Origin: Paraphysomonas bandaiensis
Lineage: Eukaryota > Protista > Chrysophyceae
Length of the DNA stretch: 64,000 nt
Direction of reading: 5' to 3'
NCBI GenBank assembly: GCA_965644295.1
Contig: CBFFRP010000365.1
Coordinates: forward strand, 62,001-126,000
Below are positions 39,304-52,233 of the stretch, one piece after another (the first letter of the stretch is position 1; each line of letters starts with the position of its first letter). A program made the translations under genes and the position numbers. The notes under the pieces were generated by a model. That model made no database searches, was not told the DNA's origin, and saw only the letters and a program-made list of their open reading frames with translations.

Positions 39304-39644
39304 CAGGGCTGCGTATTAGTATAATTAACTGAGTTGAATTAATTGTCAATGATAGAAATTGCAATCATTGAAATTGGGACAGGAAATCATAATGCAATTA
39401 TAATTGACTACAGTTTGCTGCTTGCCTCAATTAAGTGTCAGTTACAAAAACTACAATAAATTTGGCACTTGCAAGTTTATATAAAACAGCATAATATTGT
39501 GTTGAGAAAATCCAATTATAGTGAACAAGCTGTGTTAGTAGCTAATTAGCTACGTGAGTATGTAGTTTGGAATCAAGTAATTGCAATTCATAATTGACTA
39601 CAACCTGCGTAAATTAATTAACAATCAATTGATACGCAGCCCTG
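39304..39644. mobile_element. hAT-type MITE (341 bp)
   Basis: TIR CAGGGCTGCGTAT / ATACGCAGCCCTG; imperfect 8-bp TSD TGGTCTAA / CTGTCTAA; CAATT/AATTG subterminal repeats. Confidence 0.8.
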
Positions 39645-39894
39645 CTGTCTAAGATCATGATTTTTGATTTAGACCATTATTATCCACTATAGCTAACAAA
39701 TCGCTATACAAAGCTTCCAAAGTGTTGACACCACACCGTGTGATACTTACGCGCATAATAAACGATCAATACTTTTATTTATGATCAGAAATATGATGAG
39801 TATATATTCTAGCAACACAAACCGTGTCCGCGCTGACATGTTCCTACCTACCATGGATGATTAGGTGTACACGAATATTCTACACTCCGCCATC

Positions 39895-41711
39895 TTAAGC
39901 ACCACTTTCAGATATAACTTGCTGGACAACTTGTAGTCTGATAAAAGAACACAATTACTATTCTACCCACAAAAAAATTTCAGGACACATTGATAAATAT
40001 GTTCCAGTGTGCGCATCACATATAAGACCGATATACATTACGGTATGGTGTGCATACCAACTACTAAAGCTAGAAGCATGTCTAACACGCCATCCCACCT
40101 GTATAAAGTATACCGTAGCTTCATGTCTGATGTATTATTTTCTCCGCCTAGGGACGAAATTTCGATGCCATCGTGCTTTAAGTATGTTTCTTCATTTTCT
40201 TCTGATAGCGTAAATCCAGCAGATAGCATAAGTTCCAGCCCCCCTTCGACTTCGGCTACTTTTTTGCGAAATGTAGCATTCGACAGACGGATGCACCTAA
40301 CGATAATATCAACGATGTAAAACAAAACGTACTACACACACAACTGGGTCATGAAGATTTACATGAATGATATATGGGTGCATTGAACGAAACATTAACC
40401 AAAGTACGCGAATACATAACCATAACCAGTATAAGTACCTGAACTTTGCTTCATTCGGATTATTTTGTATGTTGCTAAGCATCTTGATAGTCGTATCCAC
40501 ACAGACTTTCTTTCTTTGAAGAGACTCGATATCTATGCATATTCATACATTTACAAACATAACCAAATTGCAGTACTGCAATCACAAATATAATACAAAA
40601 ATAGCCAGCGATAGAGAATCGTGTATATTTCCCAAAAATCTAGGTGGGAGTTTCTAAATGATACACAATATGCAGGCATAATGTATGAACTCGCTCACCA
40701 TCATCTTCAGTATATCTCATCTCCGATAGAGCGTTTCCTAGTGTATCTAGACTGGCCTCATCATATACACTTTCCAGTAAACTCACGTCCGCTGGAGGAG
40801 ATACCACGGTTGGCGCAGAATCTGAAGATGCTGTGATAGAGGAGCCCACGTTTGCGGTCACTATCTGGTTTCTCACTTCGCTGCTTTTAGTGGATATGTG
40901 AGGTTTGAATGGATTGTAACCCATGGCCTGAATAAACGAACTTAAGAGCAACACAAATTGTAAACATAATGCGAACCTGCGCAATCCTCTCCTCAGATCT
41001 CTTGGCAGCCTCAATCGATCGTAACACCTCTGCCGACTGAGGGGCACTGGGCTCTTGAGTGGTTGACACGTTGTTCGCTTCATTCTGAAAGGTGTACGGC
41101 AGCATCAGTACAGATCACACCCAAAAATACGAATGATACAACATGTGTACAAAACAGAACAAGATGGGGAAGGGGAATCTATACGATACCTTTTTGCGCC
41201 TATTAGTAGAAGCAGCAGCTACTCTCTTATCCCATGCTTTCTCACGGTTCATTGCAGCATTCACCATAGCTTCTCTTTGTGCTGATTTCTCTTCATCTGT
41301 TAAAGGCACAGGTTTCTTTTTGCCTTTATTATTCATTTGAATAGATTGTTCCGGTATACGAGTAAATCTAAGAGATAATGGACGACCCAATGCTTGTATA
41401 ACCTCAATAAAATCACCATACTGTATAGTGCCTTCATTGGATTCAATAGATAAGATAATATCCCCACTACGAACCCCTCCTTTCTGAGCATCTGATCCAT
41501 TAACAACTGATAAAACACGTGGTGAACCTGCCATAGGATGTGTATGAGGTGCAGCATCAACAGTAATTCCTAATGAACTCTCATGAAACTGGACGGTATA
41601 TATACAGTCATCTCCTGATGGATTAGATGGGGGATGACCACCTAATGTATGTCCTTTAGTTTTTTTCTTTGGAATTAATGAGTTTTTTAATTTATTTAAT
41701 AAATCTGTCAT
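39895..41711 (-). CDS. PDZ + VIM + PUB domain protein (putative p97/CDC48 cofactor), multi-exon
   Basis: PDZ-like SLGITV...VLSVVNGSDAQKGGVRSGDIILSI...RPLSLRF; VIM REAMVNAAMNR; PUB TIKMLSNIQNNPNEAKFR.IRLSNATFRKKV..VEGGLELMLSAGF. Confidence 0.85.
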
Positions 41712-42330
41712 CTTATATATATATATGTATGTATGTGTATGTATGTATCACTGTTAAGAGAGATGGAATGAGATGATTGTGTATACATACATATATAGAA
41801 ATATATGCGTATTGACATCCTTTGTGTATTTTTGTTAAAAGATGCCTTAAATATTGAGACAAAAATTATCTGTATTCTAGATGTAGTTGTATTGCAGTTA
41901 TATAGAGTATATTTACTTCAATTTATTCCCGAAATAATAAGCGTGACAGACATTCCTGTAGTTTATATCAATATGTTAGTATAGTAATTGAATATCTACT
42001 CGAAATATTGGGGTTTTTTAGTTTTATAATCTTAAAAACAGGAGATATTTTTTAAAAAGTTATAGAAATCTACAAAAATTTATTAGCTGTATCTTTTAGT
42101 AGAAAGTTGTAAAAAACTAACGATTTTGTGTAAAGTTGTAGTAAAATATATGGTTTATAGCCCTTTATTTTTAGATATCAGGGATATTATACACACACAA
42201 GTACATCATGAGGAAGTACATATATAGCAGTATGTATATATATACATCTATATATGAATATTCACAAGTACGACTATTTTTTGTATCTAGCTATTGTATG
42301 TATATGCAGAGTAGGCAGTAGGAGGACACG

Positions 42331-42596
42331 TACATACATACATACATACATACATACATACATACATACATTCATACATTCATACATACATACATACATA
42401 CATACATACATACATACATACATACATACATACATACATACATACATACATACATACATACATACATACATACATACATACATACATACATACATACATA
42501 CATACATACATACATACATACATACATACATACATACATACATACAGTAGCATATAGAGAGAGAGACATACATACATACATACATACATACATACA
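42331..42596. repeat. (TACA)n microsatellite in a divergent promoter region
   Basis: Directly visible. Confidence 0.98.
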
Positions 42597-42776
42597 GTAG
42601 ATGTATATGGAGATGTACAGTACATTCTGCTACATGCTACATATGATACTGTGAGACATGCATGTCTATACATACATACGTACATACACACATATATATA
42701 TACATACATACATACCTCACCACATAATTACAACACACTCCTCATAGTACGGTATAGTAATCTACACTAACTAACC

Positions 42777-44516
42777 ATGAATCCAATTGACTGTTCACTG
42801 GATGATATCATTGCTGCTAAGCGTAAGGCTGGCCGAGGGGGTCGTGGGAATAGAGGGTCGAAGAGAGGTACAGTCACACACTATTAATTAGATGTATGTG
42901 TGTGTATGTATAGTCATACAGTCATATATATATGTGTGTATATGTGTGTAGTCATGTATGTAAGTGTGTGTGTATGTATGTATGTATAGTCATATAGTTA
43001 TGTGTGTATATGTGTATAGTCATATATGCATGTATATGTATATATGTATGTATGTATAGTTGGATGTGTATTAATCATTATTTTATATATACATTCCTGT
43101 ATAATATTTTGTTTAAGATGGCGGTGGGGGTAGAGGGGGCATGCATGTTGTTCGTAAGCCGACAATAACCAAGACCAAGACCAGATCCACTGTTACTGTG
43201 ACCAGAAAGCCAGTGGTTGTTAAGAAGTCTCAGGCGACACAGTCCAATATACTCTCACGTGTATCGAAGCCCACTTCTATACTAGATAGATTAGGGACCT
43301 CCGCGGCTCCGGGAAAGAGTGGGACTTGGGTTACAATCGCTAACCTCAATGCGAATATCCGCAGTGGTGACATTGGTGAGAGGGACTGTATATTTGGTCC
43401 TTATCGCGGGATTGCATATGTGGACAGTGTTATGAGACATTTATCTGTGATTACATAATTGAAAGTGAAATTTTAACGGAATTTTCATATCAGCGGAGCT
43501 ATGTGGTACCATTGGTGAGGTGAAGGAGGTCGAAATTAAATCAAACAGATCTGGCCAGTCACAGGTTAGCACCTGCCCGCTTGTATATGGCCTACTTTTT
43601 TGCACAGTGTGTGTTGACGGATTTAGATTATATTTTGCGCTAGTACTAAAACATTATATCGTCTAGGGAGTTGCGGAAGTTTTGTTTGCCCGTAGAAGCG
43701 ATGCTAACAATGCTGTCATGAAATTTCACGGTACTCGGGTGCTATATCTCTATTATGTGATTTTGATTTCTGTGTCCAGGATTGACTCTGGATGGAACAC
43801 CTATGAAAGTGTCTCTTAGTGGCGATGTGAGTACCAGTAATACGAGACATGTCTTGTGCTGATTGCGTCCAGGGAAACAAACCCAACCCATTCAACCCTA
43901 TACCTGTGGAAGACCCGTCTTCCAATAAGCGAGAAGGCTTTTTCGGCACTGCTCTTGAAGATGACGATGAAGATACTATGGATGATGATGATGACGGATA
44001 TGTCCATAGGGGACCCACAACGTTTGCTGTCACCCTTGGGTAAGTGAATTACAATGTATTACTTTTTCAGTGTAGTGTTCTATAGTAAAGAAGTTGAATT
44101 TTAATGTTGTGTTACTCTCTGTAAATTATTTTTAATATCTTACGACAGGGACAATGGGAGGCGTTCATCCAATCGGAGAAGAGATGAACATGACGATAGG
44201 TAGAAGAATACCTACCGCGTTTGCTGACTGATATTCTATTTAGGGGACATTCCAGTGGGGGTCGAAGAGGTCCAGGCAGAGGGGGTGGCCGTGGACGTGG
44301 CCGAGGGAATAGAGGAAGAGGGGGGGGGCGCGGAAGGGGAAAAGAGAGAGCTCAAATTTCGGAGGGAGATCTTGATGATGAGATGGACTCTTACATGGCC
44401 AGCAGGTAGTCTGATAATCGTATATGTGTATATATGCTTAACAAGCAGCATTTTACATATATGTGATTCGTTCCCATATCATTATATATTGTTCTAAATA
44501 TTGTGCTTTCAGATAA
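42777..44516 (+). CDS. ALYREF/THO4/Yra1-like mRNA export adaptor (N-box, RGG, RRM, C-box), multi-exon; stop at 44409 or 44516
   Basis: N-terminal IDCSLDDII, RGG tracts, RRM VTIANL...GVAEVLF....DANNAVMKFHGLTLDGTPMKV, C-terminal LDDEMDSYM. Confidence 0.85.
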
Positions 44517-44929
44517 GCTTTTCATTGATGATTTCGATCTGCCCAGTAGACACAGGATCAATTTTCCCCCGTGCCCTTTGTTTGATGTCGTTAGTTGCTG
44601 GTGGTAGGTGAAAAATAGCTGGTGTGCTTGTTTCTCTGGGTTTTATTAGTTGATACTTTGCTACTAACTAACGGCAATTGGCTTCCATAATTATTTTCTT
44701 GGAAAATAGCATTTCGCTTCGATTGTTCTCTTGCGCGAAATTCTAAGAAAGGATAGTGATTTTGAACTAATATATTTATCATCTGTCATGATATGTAGTT
44801 TATGCGAAAGGTAGTGGAAAAAAGGATACTCAACTTTGACAAATATCAGAATTTAACAAAAGTTCCAAAACCATTTGCAATTAATTGCAACTATTTTTAG
44901 TACTAAAATACACTAGCTGCCAATATAGC

Positions 44930-45955
44930 TACCTCACTGTCATTTCATTCCAGAGGCGATGATTTCTGCGTAGAAACATTATTAGCTCTTAAATTTTGAG
45001 TCAATCTCTTGCGCAAGCCCGTCATAACAATCGTAGCTCTATTGAACAACCTTTCAACCTTATTGGTTGTGGTATGCAAGTGTTTCATCGTTAGCGAGTT
45101 TGCTGGTTAAGTCTTGCTCGCTTCCGCTGCCTACTACCTGCTACCATCAATCAAACGTTGCGCTGCGTCGTCATTCGGAACTAGACTCGCACCGTCATAA
45201 TCTTCTTCTTCCTCAACGAACAAATATAGTTTAGTTTGATCCTTTGCCGTCCGAGTTACGGCTTCGTTGCCACATTGTATCTTCACGACTGCCTTTTCGA
45301 AAGCAGCGTTATGAATAATAGCAGCACTGTCGCCCAGATGACGCTCAGCAATCGGGTGCATTATGAAGAGTTCGTCAATCAATGTACAAACGTCGTGGAG
45401 GTCAAGCTAGTGTTAACCTTACTTCTGTAATTGCAAGTACACTAGTTGAAACAATTACTATTCCTCCCGTATTGCACGATCTTGGCATGCTCCTTTTTAC
45501 TTGGCATCAGACTTAACACGTCGGAACCAAACTCGAACGATCGCATATGATTAAATAGAAACAAGTAGCAATCAATCACGGAAAATGTGGAGCCCCTTAT
45601 CCTGCAGGACAAATCTCTATTGCAGCCTCTTCGTTGTTATTATCATTTACTTAAAGTAATAACACTCGTGCAGTGACTTCTGGTGCCAGTTTGTCGCTCA
45701 TATTGCTAATTAAGTTAAATGAACTCCTATGTAAGATAATCCTATGGATATTATAGTCTTTCACCAATCTTCGATTTTTATCCTAAATATTGGATTTTTC
45801 AATAAAAATGCCGTTTTTAACAACTTTTTAGCATAAAACGGTGGTTTTTTAATATCAATTAATTGAGGCAAGCTGGAGTCAATTATAATTGCAATTATGA
45901 ATCGATGTCCCAATTTCAATAATTGACAATTAATTGATAATGATACGCAGTCCTG
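44930..45955 (-). mobile_element. Degenerate hAT transposon with one intact end
   Basis: Minus-strand remnant VERLFNRATIVMT..RKR...FLRRNHRLW (hAT C-terminus-like). The end ATACGCAGTCCTG and its subterminal sequence match the MITE at 39304. Confidence 0.7.
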
Positions 45956-46630
45956 TGATCAAAATATCAAGAACACAATGATGAATGCCTTTCTTATGTT
46001 GTGTGTCTTTAAGTTCACTTGCAATTACAGTACTTTTTGCTTATCTTGACACACAAGAGGGAGGGAAACGATGAATATTTTATATCACTTAACACACTAA
46101 ACTATTAGAATTTAGAAGCGCTTTGCACAGATGGAACTAATGGAATAGATGAAGAAAGGATCATGTCGTATGCATAGTGCATATGTATATTGAACTACAA
46201 CTACATGCGTTATCGCTACTAGCTATCCATAGCGTCCATAGCTGCTATCCTGTATTCTATGTAGCAATGAACAATGAAATATGGAATATACAGAACCTTA
46301 ATATAGGAGTAGCTGATAGCTGTTAAAGATACGATTTGTAGAACAGAATGTTGGTGTTGGTGATTGATGTGTCTCCTCAATCACATTTTCTCTATACATC
46401 TTATACAAATAAACACCAGGTGGCTTTAAATGCAGCCGCAAAAATAAAAACTCTGTTGACATGTGAAACACCATTCATATTCTCAAGTTTTATTATTGTT
46501 AGTCTGGGATTCTTATTCACAGACTAGCCTTTTCATATAACACACATAAGTCAATCATGGACAGCCTAAGATGTGTAAATCAATGATGTCCGATGTCACA
46601 ATGGCACCTTGAAAATTAAAGCCATTCACA

Positions 46631-49549
46631 CTAAGTTTCGACGTCGAATCGATGTCGTTTCGAGGAAAGAAATGATACTTCTGAAAAATGTGGGCGCTTC
46701 GAATTCCTGACACCCACTGAGTTAACTGATTCAACTATTTCACAACCAATACACATTCTAGTGACAGAACTTCGCAGAATATCTCTTACAGTAACAATAT
46801 TAAGAGGCTTTTCGCATACGGCATTAGCTCCTGCAGCTATCAACGCATCAATGTCCTCTTTAAGGACATTTCCAGTTATTGCTATAATCGGATGGGTAAA
46901 CGCATGAATATTCCTGAGAAGATGTATAGCGTCACGGCCAAGCATACGCGGCATTCCTGCAGGGTATATTATTAGACACTATATGTGATAAATTTACCGA
47001 CACACATTCACACATTGGATAATATACATAACACACGAAAGTATATCAGAACAAACTATTGGTAATGTGCCATATTCCACATATGTTGTGTGACGTTGTT
47101 AGATAACCTTACCATCATCCATAAAAATGGCGTCAAATTCTGCACCTTGGCTGGAGTACATTTCGTACTTCTCTATTGCGTCAATACCATCTTCAGCTTC
47201 GACAATTTCGACGAAGTCACGCTTCAAAATATTTTTCAGCATTTTTCGATTTAACACAGAGTCGTCGACGATAAGGGCCCGATTCATATTGAGAGCAACT
47301 GGTTGCGGAGGAGAAGCGACAGGGGGAGCGGCGCACTCGGACAGATTATTACACGTTGGGACAGAAAGTGGTTTATCTTGGTGAACAATGGGAACAAAAT
47401 CGAGTACAGGGAGGTCCTTTTTTATCCCACGAGAAGAACACTGTTGAGAAAAATTCCGCGAGGAAACGCTCTCGCGTCGGTGAGTTAGAGAATACTTTGG
47501 CACCACATTCGTCATACAGAATGAGTCATCAATGACTGAAGATGACATGTCCGACGATACTTTTGATTCCACAATGATTTCGCCTTCTACTGGGACAGGT
47601 GTGACTGCATCCAACTCGATATAAAACGTAGAGCCTTCCCCAGGAATTCCTGTAGATTCAACTCCAATGATGCCACCATGTTTATCCATAATGCCTTTTG
47701 AGATCCACATGCCCAAGCCAGATCCTCCACCATCTTGGAGATCGGCTGCATTGAACTGAACAATCTCTTTGAACAACCGCTCCTGCTGGTCCTGCGTGAC
47801 AAATACGTGTGAACAACAACTTCGTCTCCGTGCTATAAAAATACATACAGCGCATGCCTAATTCACCGACGTGTATTCAAAAAACAGAACCCCAAAATCA
47901 ACAAATCATTCATATCACATACCATGGTTAATCCAGGACCACAATCCTTAACTTCAATTCGAAGAAGTGGACTTGGCGGGGGCATGTTATTTCTCATGTT
48001 GTCCATCTTGCTTCTTACTTCTTCCTCGCGTGGCTTCAAATACGCGTGTATAGATACCGTTCCGCCAGTAGGGGAGAACTTCAATGCGTTCGAAACAACA
48101 TTGCGAATAATTTGTGAAAATTTCTTCACGTCAACATGGATTCCAACATTACGCAGAACAGGGTCGTGTTGATGAGGACAAACCAGATTGACACCACAAG
48201 CTTGGGCCTGCACACACTATATCACTGAGGAATTTGTCAAATCGATAAATTCAAATACAAAATTAGTTCACTCATTGAGCACATTTTCATGTCTATACAG
48301 ACAATAATTGTATAGCAATACCTGGACGGAAAACATCGATACGGCGGTGTTCAGAAGTTGTAAAATTTCAACAGTTTTTCTCTCCAGCATAACATTCCCT
48401 TCTTCAATCTTATCAAACAATAGTAAATCATTGAGCATTTCAATAGCCACTGAGCACGCTGATTGGAGGTCGTTACACAACTCCAACCCATCTACAGCTA
48501 CCGCAGAGCTCTGACTCACACGCTCCGTCAGCAGTTGGAGACCCATATATACAGTATTCAATGGCGTGCGTATTTCATGCGAGATGTATCGAACAAAGTT
48601 TTTTTTCGCTTCAAGTTTAGTCTGTCCATGAAATATGTATAAGAAACCCACTACTTCAGAGAAAGTGAAATATACATGCAATCACTAATAGTAAATAATA
48701 AACGTAAACTATATTGCAGACTATTTCATAACATGGTTACAGTAAACCACATGGTCTACCTACCTGAAGAAGTGTTGCTTCATGCCTAGCAAATCTTCCC
48801 GGTATGGTCGAAGCAATTATTACAGTGAATGTATCAAGAAATGTGTACCATGACAATTGCTCCCCTGAGAAGTCAACCCATGTTCCTGCTCCATACATAC
48901 CGTATACAGTCCACTTGCCAAATAGATTGAAACAAAGACAAACCGTGTAAACAATAGTATACTTAAAATACACTTCGGATGTACTGGTGCTGTATAGGCG
49001 ACGGAATTGAAATCCACACAGGAATACTATTCCAAGTAGAGAAATCATTGATAACTGTAGCGAAGCGGTCAGCATTGTGGGCGATTGAATGTATCCAGAA
49101 GCATGATTCGATGTTATCGCTATAGCAAAACAAGAACCAAAAGCACATGTAGCTCGAGATAAATTTAATTCCTTTCTATCAGAGATTAAATACGATAGCA
49201 GAGAACAAATCAGCATAATTTCACGTGCATGAATAGCACCCATAAATACTTTCGCATTTCCATGATACCAAAGCATTAAAGCATTAGGTATAGTAAGTGA
49301 TGACAATAATAACCATTTAGGAAATAAAAAATTACGTGGTAATTTATATCCATCAAGTATAGTGTCAATAATTACTGGACCAGATGATGCTAATGCAGCT
49401 ACTAGTGAGAGCCTGTATATCTCAGATGATATCGCCTGTTGCATAGGTGAAGAATATTCATATAAAACGAGATTCAAGGATGTTGGGATAGTGTTTCCTA
49501 TAGCACATATGATGGATATAAGTAATATCCCCTCAAAATATGGGGACAT
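46631..49549 (-). CDS. Membrane-bound hybrid histidine kinase (multi-TM, HisKA, HATPase, receiver), multi-exon
   Basis: FVRYISHEIRTPLN (H box), IRNVVSNALKF (N), VKDCGPG (G1), GGSGLGMWI (G2); receiver LIVDD...FMDDGMP...ITGN...EKP. Confidence 0.93.
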
Positions 49550-50766
49550 TGTATGTATATATGTGTGTATGTATGTATGTATAGTCTACTGTGTTGAAAT
49601 GATGAATATGCGTGATATTGAAGATAAAATGATCTCTCTGGTTACCAAAAATATCTTCAGGGTATAGGAATTAGGGGGTTAACCCTGAATAATGTCAAAG
49701 AAATGGTCATTAGTATATATGTACCACTTACACAGTTACTTGTGGTTTATATATGAAGATATCCATACATACATACACATACATACACATACATACATAC
49801 ACATACATGCGGCACATACATGTACAGCAACCCATTCCCACAATTCAATGACGCTGAAAATATAGTACTGTACTTCACTTCATCGTCATTCTATCATAGC
49901 CTATCATATTAGAATGATTGGGTGTAAAGTTGTGACCAATCAACTTTTTGAGTGCAAAAGTATGATTTTTATTAAATTTTGATGTAGTGGTTCGGAAAAG
50001 TCCCTTTTCTCTACTGCTGCTGTATTTTTTTTAGCCCTAAAACCTTAAAACCAGGGGTTTAGGGAATATGTCCCTTAAAATGTCTTACAGTTGTAAAGTG
50101 TATTGTAACTGTAATCAGATTAGATATATGCCACTATGGAATGTTATAGCCAGGGACTGGGGATGCAGATGCATAACAAACTGTAGCGAATTCGCATCAA
50201 TATATTTCTTGCAAAAATAGTGCTGTATGAGGGTAATGAGTGCTGTATTGTACTTATAAATAGAGTAATATTACATGAGTGAGTGGCCATTAGATGTCTA
50301 TATGCTTTAAGTGGAATATACAAGGCTATATCTATTCATACAATCTAATCATTTGTATGGCCACATGCATTGCTGTGATGATTATGCAGAAGCCATCGAA
50401 GACATAGTTGTAGTTGTAGTGTCTCATATAAGGATTTCTTAAGTACTGAATATATGACTTATGGTTCTGTGGAATGATTTATCTTTTGTTATGGTGCTCT
50501 TTTACAGAAGGCATATATATCAAAAGCAATATTGATGTCAAGATCCGCTGTTTCTGTCTTATAATCAAATAAGGATTGCTACATAATTTGTCGCTGGATA
50601 TAAAATCTGGAATAACCAGTAAAAAATCTGCACCCTTGTTCATTTTAAATCTTTACTTAATGTTATTAATAATTGTCTATATTCCCTCTTTTTCATAATA
50701 ATAATCAGCACAATTCCTGAAGTCAGCAGATGTCAGGTGTATCAAATCCTACTTGCTCACTACGTT

Positions 50767-50817
50767 TGCACCTTGGTGCTTGCGGTGATGCACAAGCAGC
50801 TTTCGTAGCGTTGAATA
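50767..50817 (+). repeat. Dispersed repeat core, copy 4
   Basis: TGCACCTTGGTGCTTGCGGTGATGCACAAGCAGCTTTCGTAGCGTTGAATA. Confidence 0.7.
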
Positions 50818-51782
50818 ATCAGAGATAAGATCTAGTTAGTTAAATAGCAATAGCAATAGTTTTGACTCTAACACGCACGCCAATTAATAATAATATGACA
50901 TTGACTACTAATCCGCATAATACTCATTCTTCATAATATAAATACTCATGCCAATGTTCTGGATAAATAGAAGCACACAAAGAGTATATACTAGCTGGAA
51001 TAACCTGACTGCTCGTTCTTGTAATACGAGAAACCACCATATCTATACCTCCACAATCATTGATTAGTTCGCAATATATGCAAAGACTGCTGTAATAACC
51101 AGCTATCAGGTTATTCTATTCTACAAGCTCTCTATTGTATATGCTTAAGTTTGTACATACTATCTGTGCAAACATAAATGGAATATTATTATTATTGCCA
51201 TAACTCACACTAAGATATATGATATATTATGACTATGACAATTCATGCTTATCATTGATATTTACATAATCATTCAAAAGACAAAGAAAGACATGATTAT
51301 CAATAATGAGACATAATGATGATAATGATGATGGATGATATATATATATGTTCTTATTATACATATATTGACTTTAAGGCTGGAGAAGTTTACTGGAGAA
51401 TTCCGGGTTTGATATCCACGCTGATAGATGTGTATTGCCAGATTATCCAGTAATACAGTTATACATTACGTATTTCCTTCAGTGCTTATTGGGGATTGAT
51501 TGTACTTAGGAGTACGATTATCAGGCTTCAACTACAATGAGAATACTGAATGTATCTTCCCTTATACAGTTGTAATGAGTTATTATGATCAACTGTGTTA
51601 GACTGATGTGTTTGGTATTGAATATGAATGATGTTCATTCCATTGATCACGGAATCGTAGGTAGACATATTTATATTATTGATAATAAGATGCAATTTCC
51701 TTACTCTTGAAATTGCTGGTAGATAGCATTGTAGTTGTAGACATATATTTGTTCATTGTGATTTGATTATATTGTTATTATT

Positions 51783-51977
51783 ATGGAGGAGGAGACTCTT
51801 GATAGCGCACAAGAGTCTACTAAATTTGAGTCAGTGAGAAGGACTCTCAGGCTTATGCTTGGAGGGTTAGACCCTTCCATTGCCAATGCTAATGAGGATC
51901 AAATCCGAGACATAGGCTTGGCTTTTGGATTAAGTGAGACTGAATCAGAGACGTTGGTGTCTCACTGCCAAGAATGA
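51783..51977 (+). other. Short ORF of coding-like composition, possibly a gene or TE relic
   Basis: 64-aa ATG ORF, GC-richer than its flanks; no homology recognised. Confidence 0.2.
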
Positions 51978-52233
51978 TTTTAGAACGCCAGTAGAACCAT
52001 TGCTAAATTACTGAGAACAAGGTAGTAGACAAAGACAGCAAACAGCAACCATAGAAAATTTTAGTAATGTTTATATTTATACTCATAGTTTTACCAAATA
52101 GTCGTATATCTCGCAACATCTCGTACTCTATTTTACAGTATGCAACAACATTGTCGAAAGATATAATATTAACACATCACTCAGTGGAAATTTACGCCAG
52201 CAACACACAGGACATATACATATACAAGCCACT

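Noticed and set aside
39793-39836. ATGATGA...CTGA as a C/D snoRNA
   Set aside because: Only 44 nt, no convincing stem or recognisable rRNA guide.
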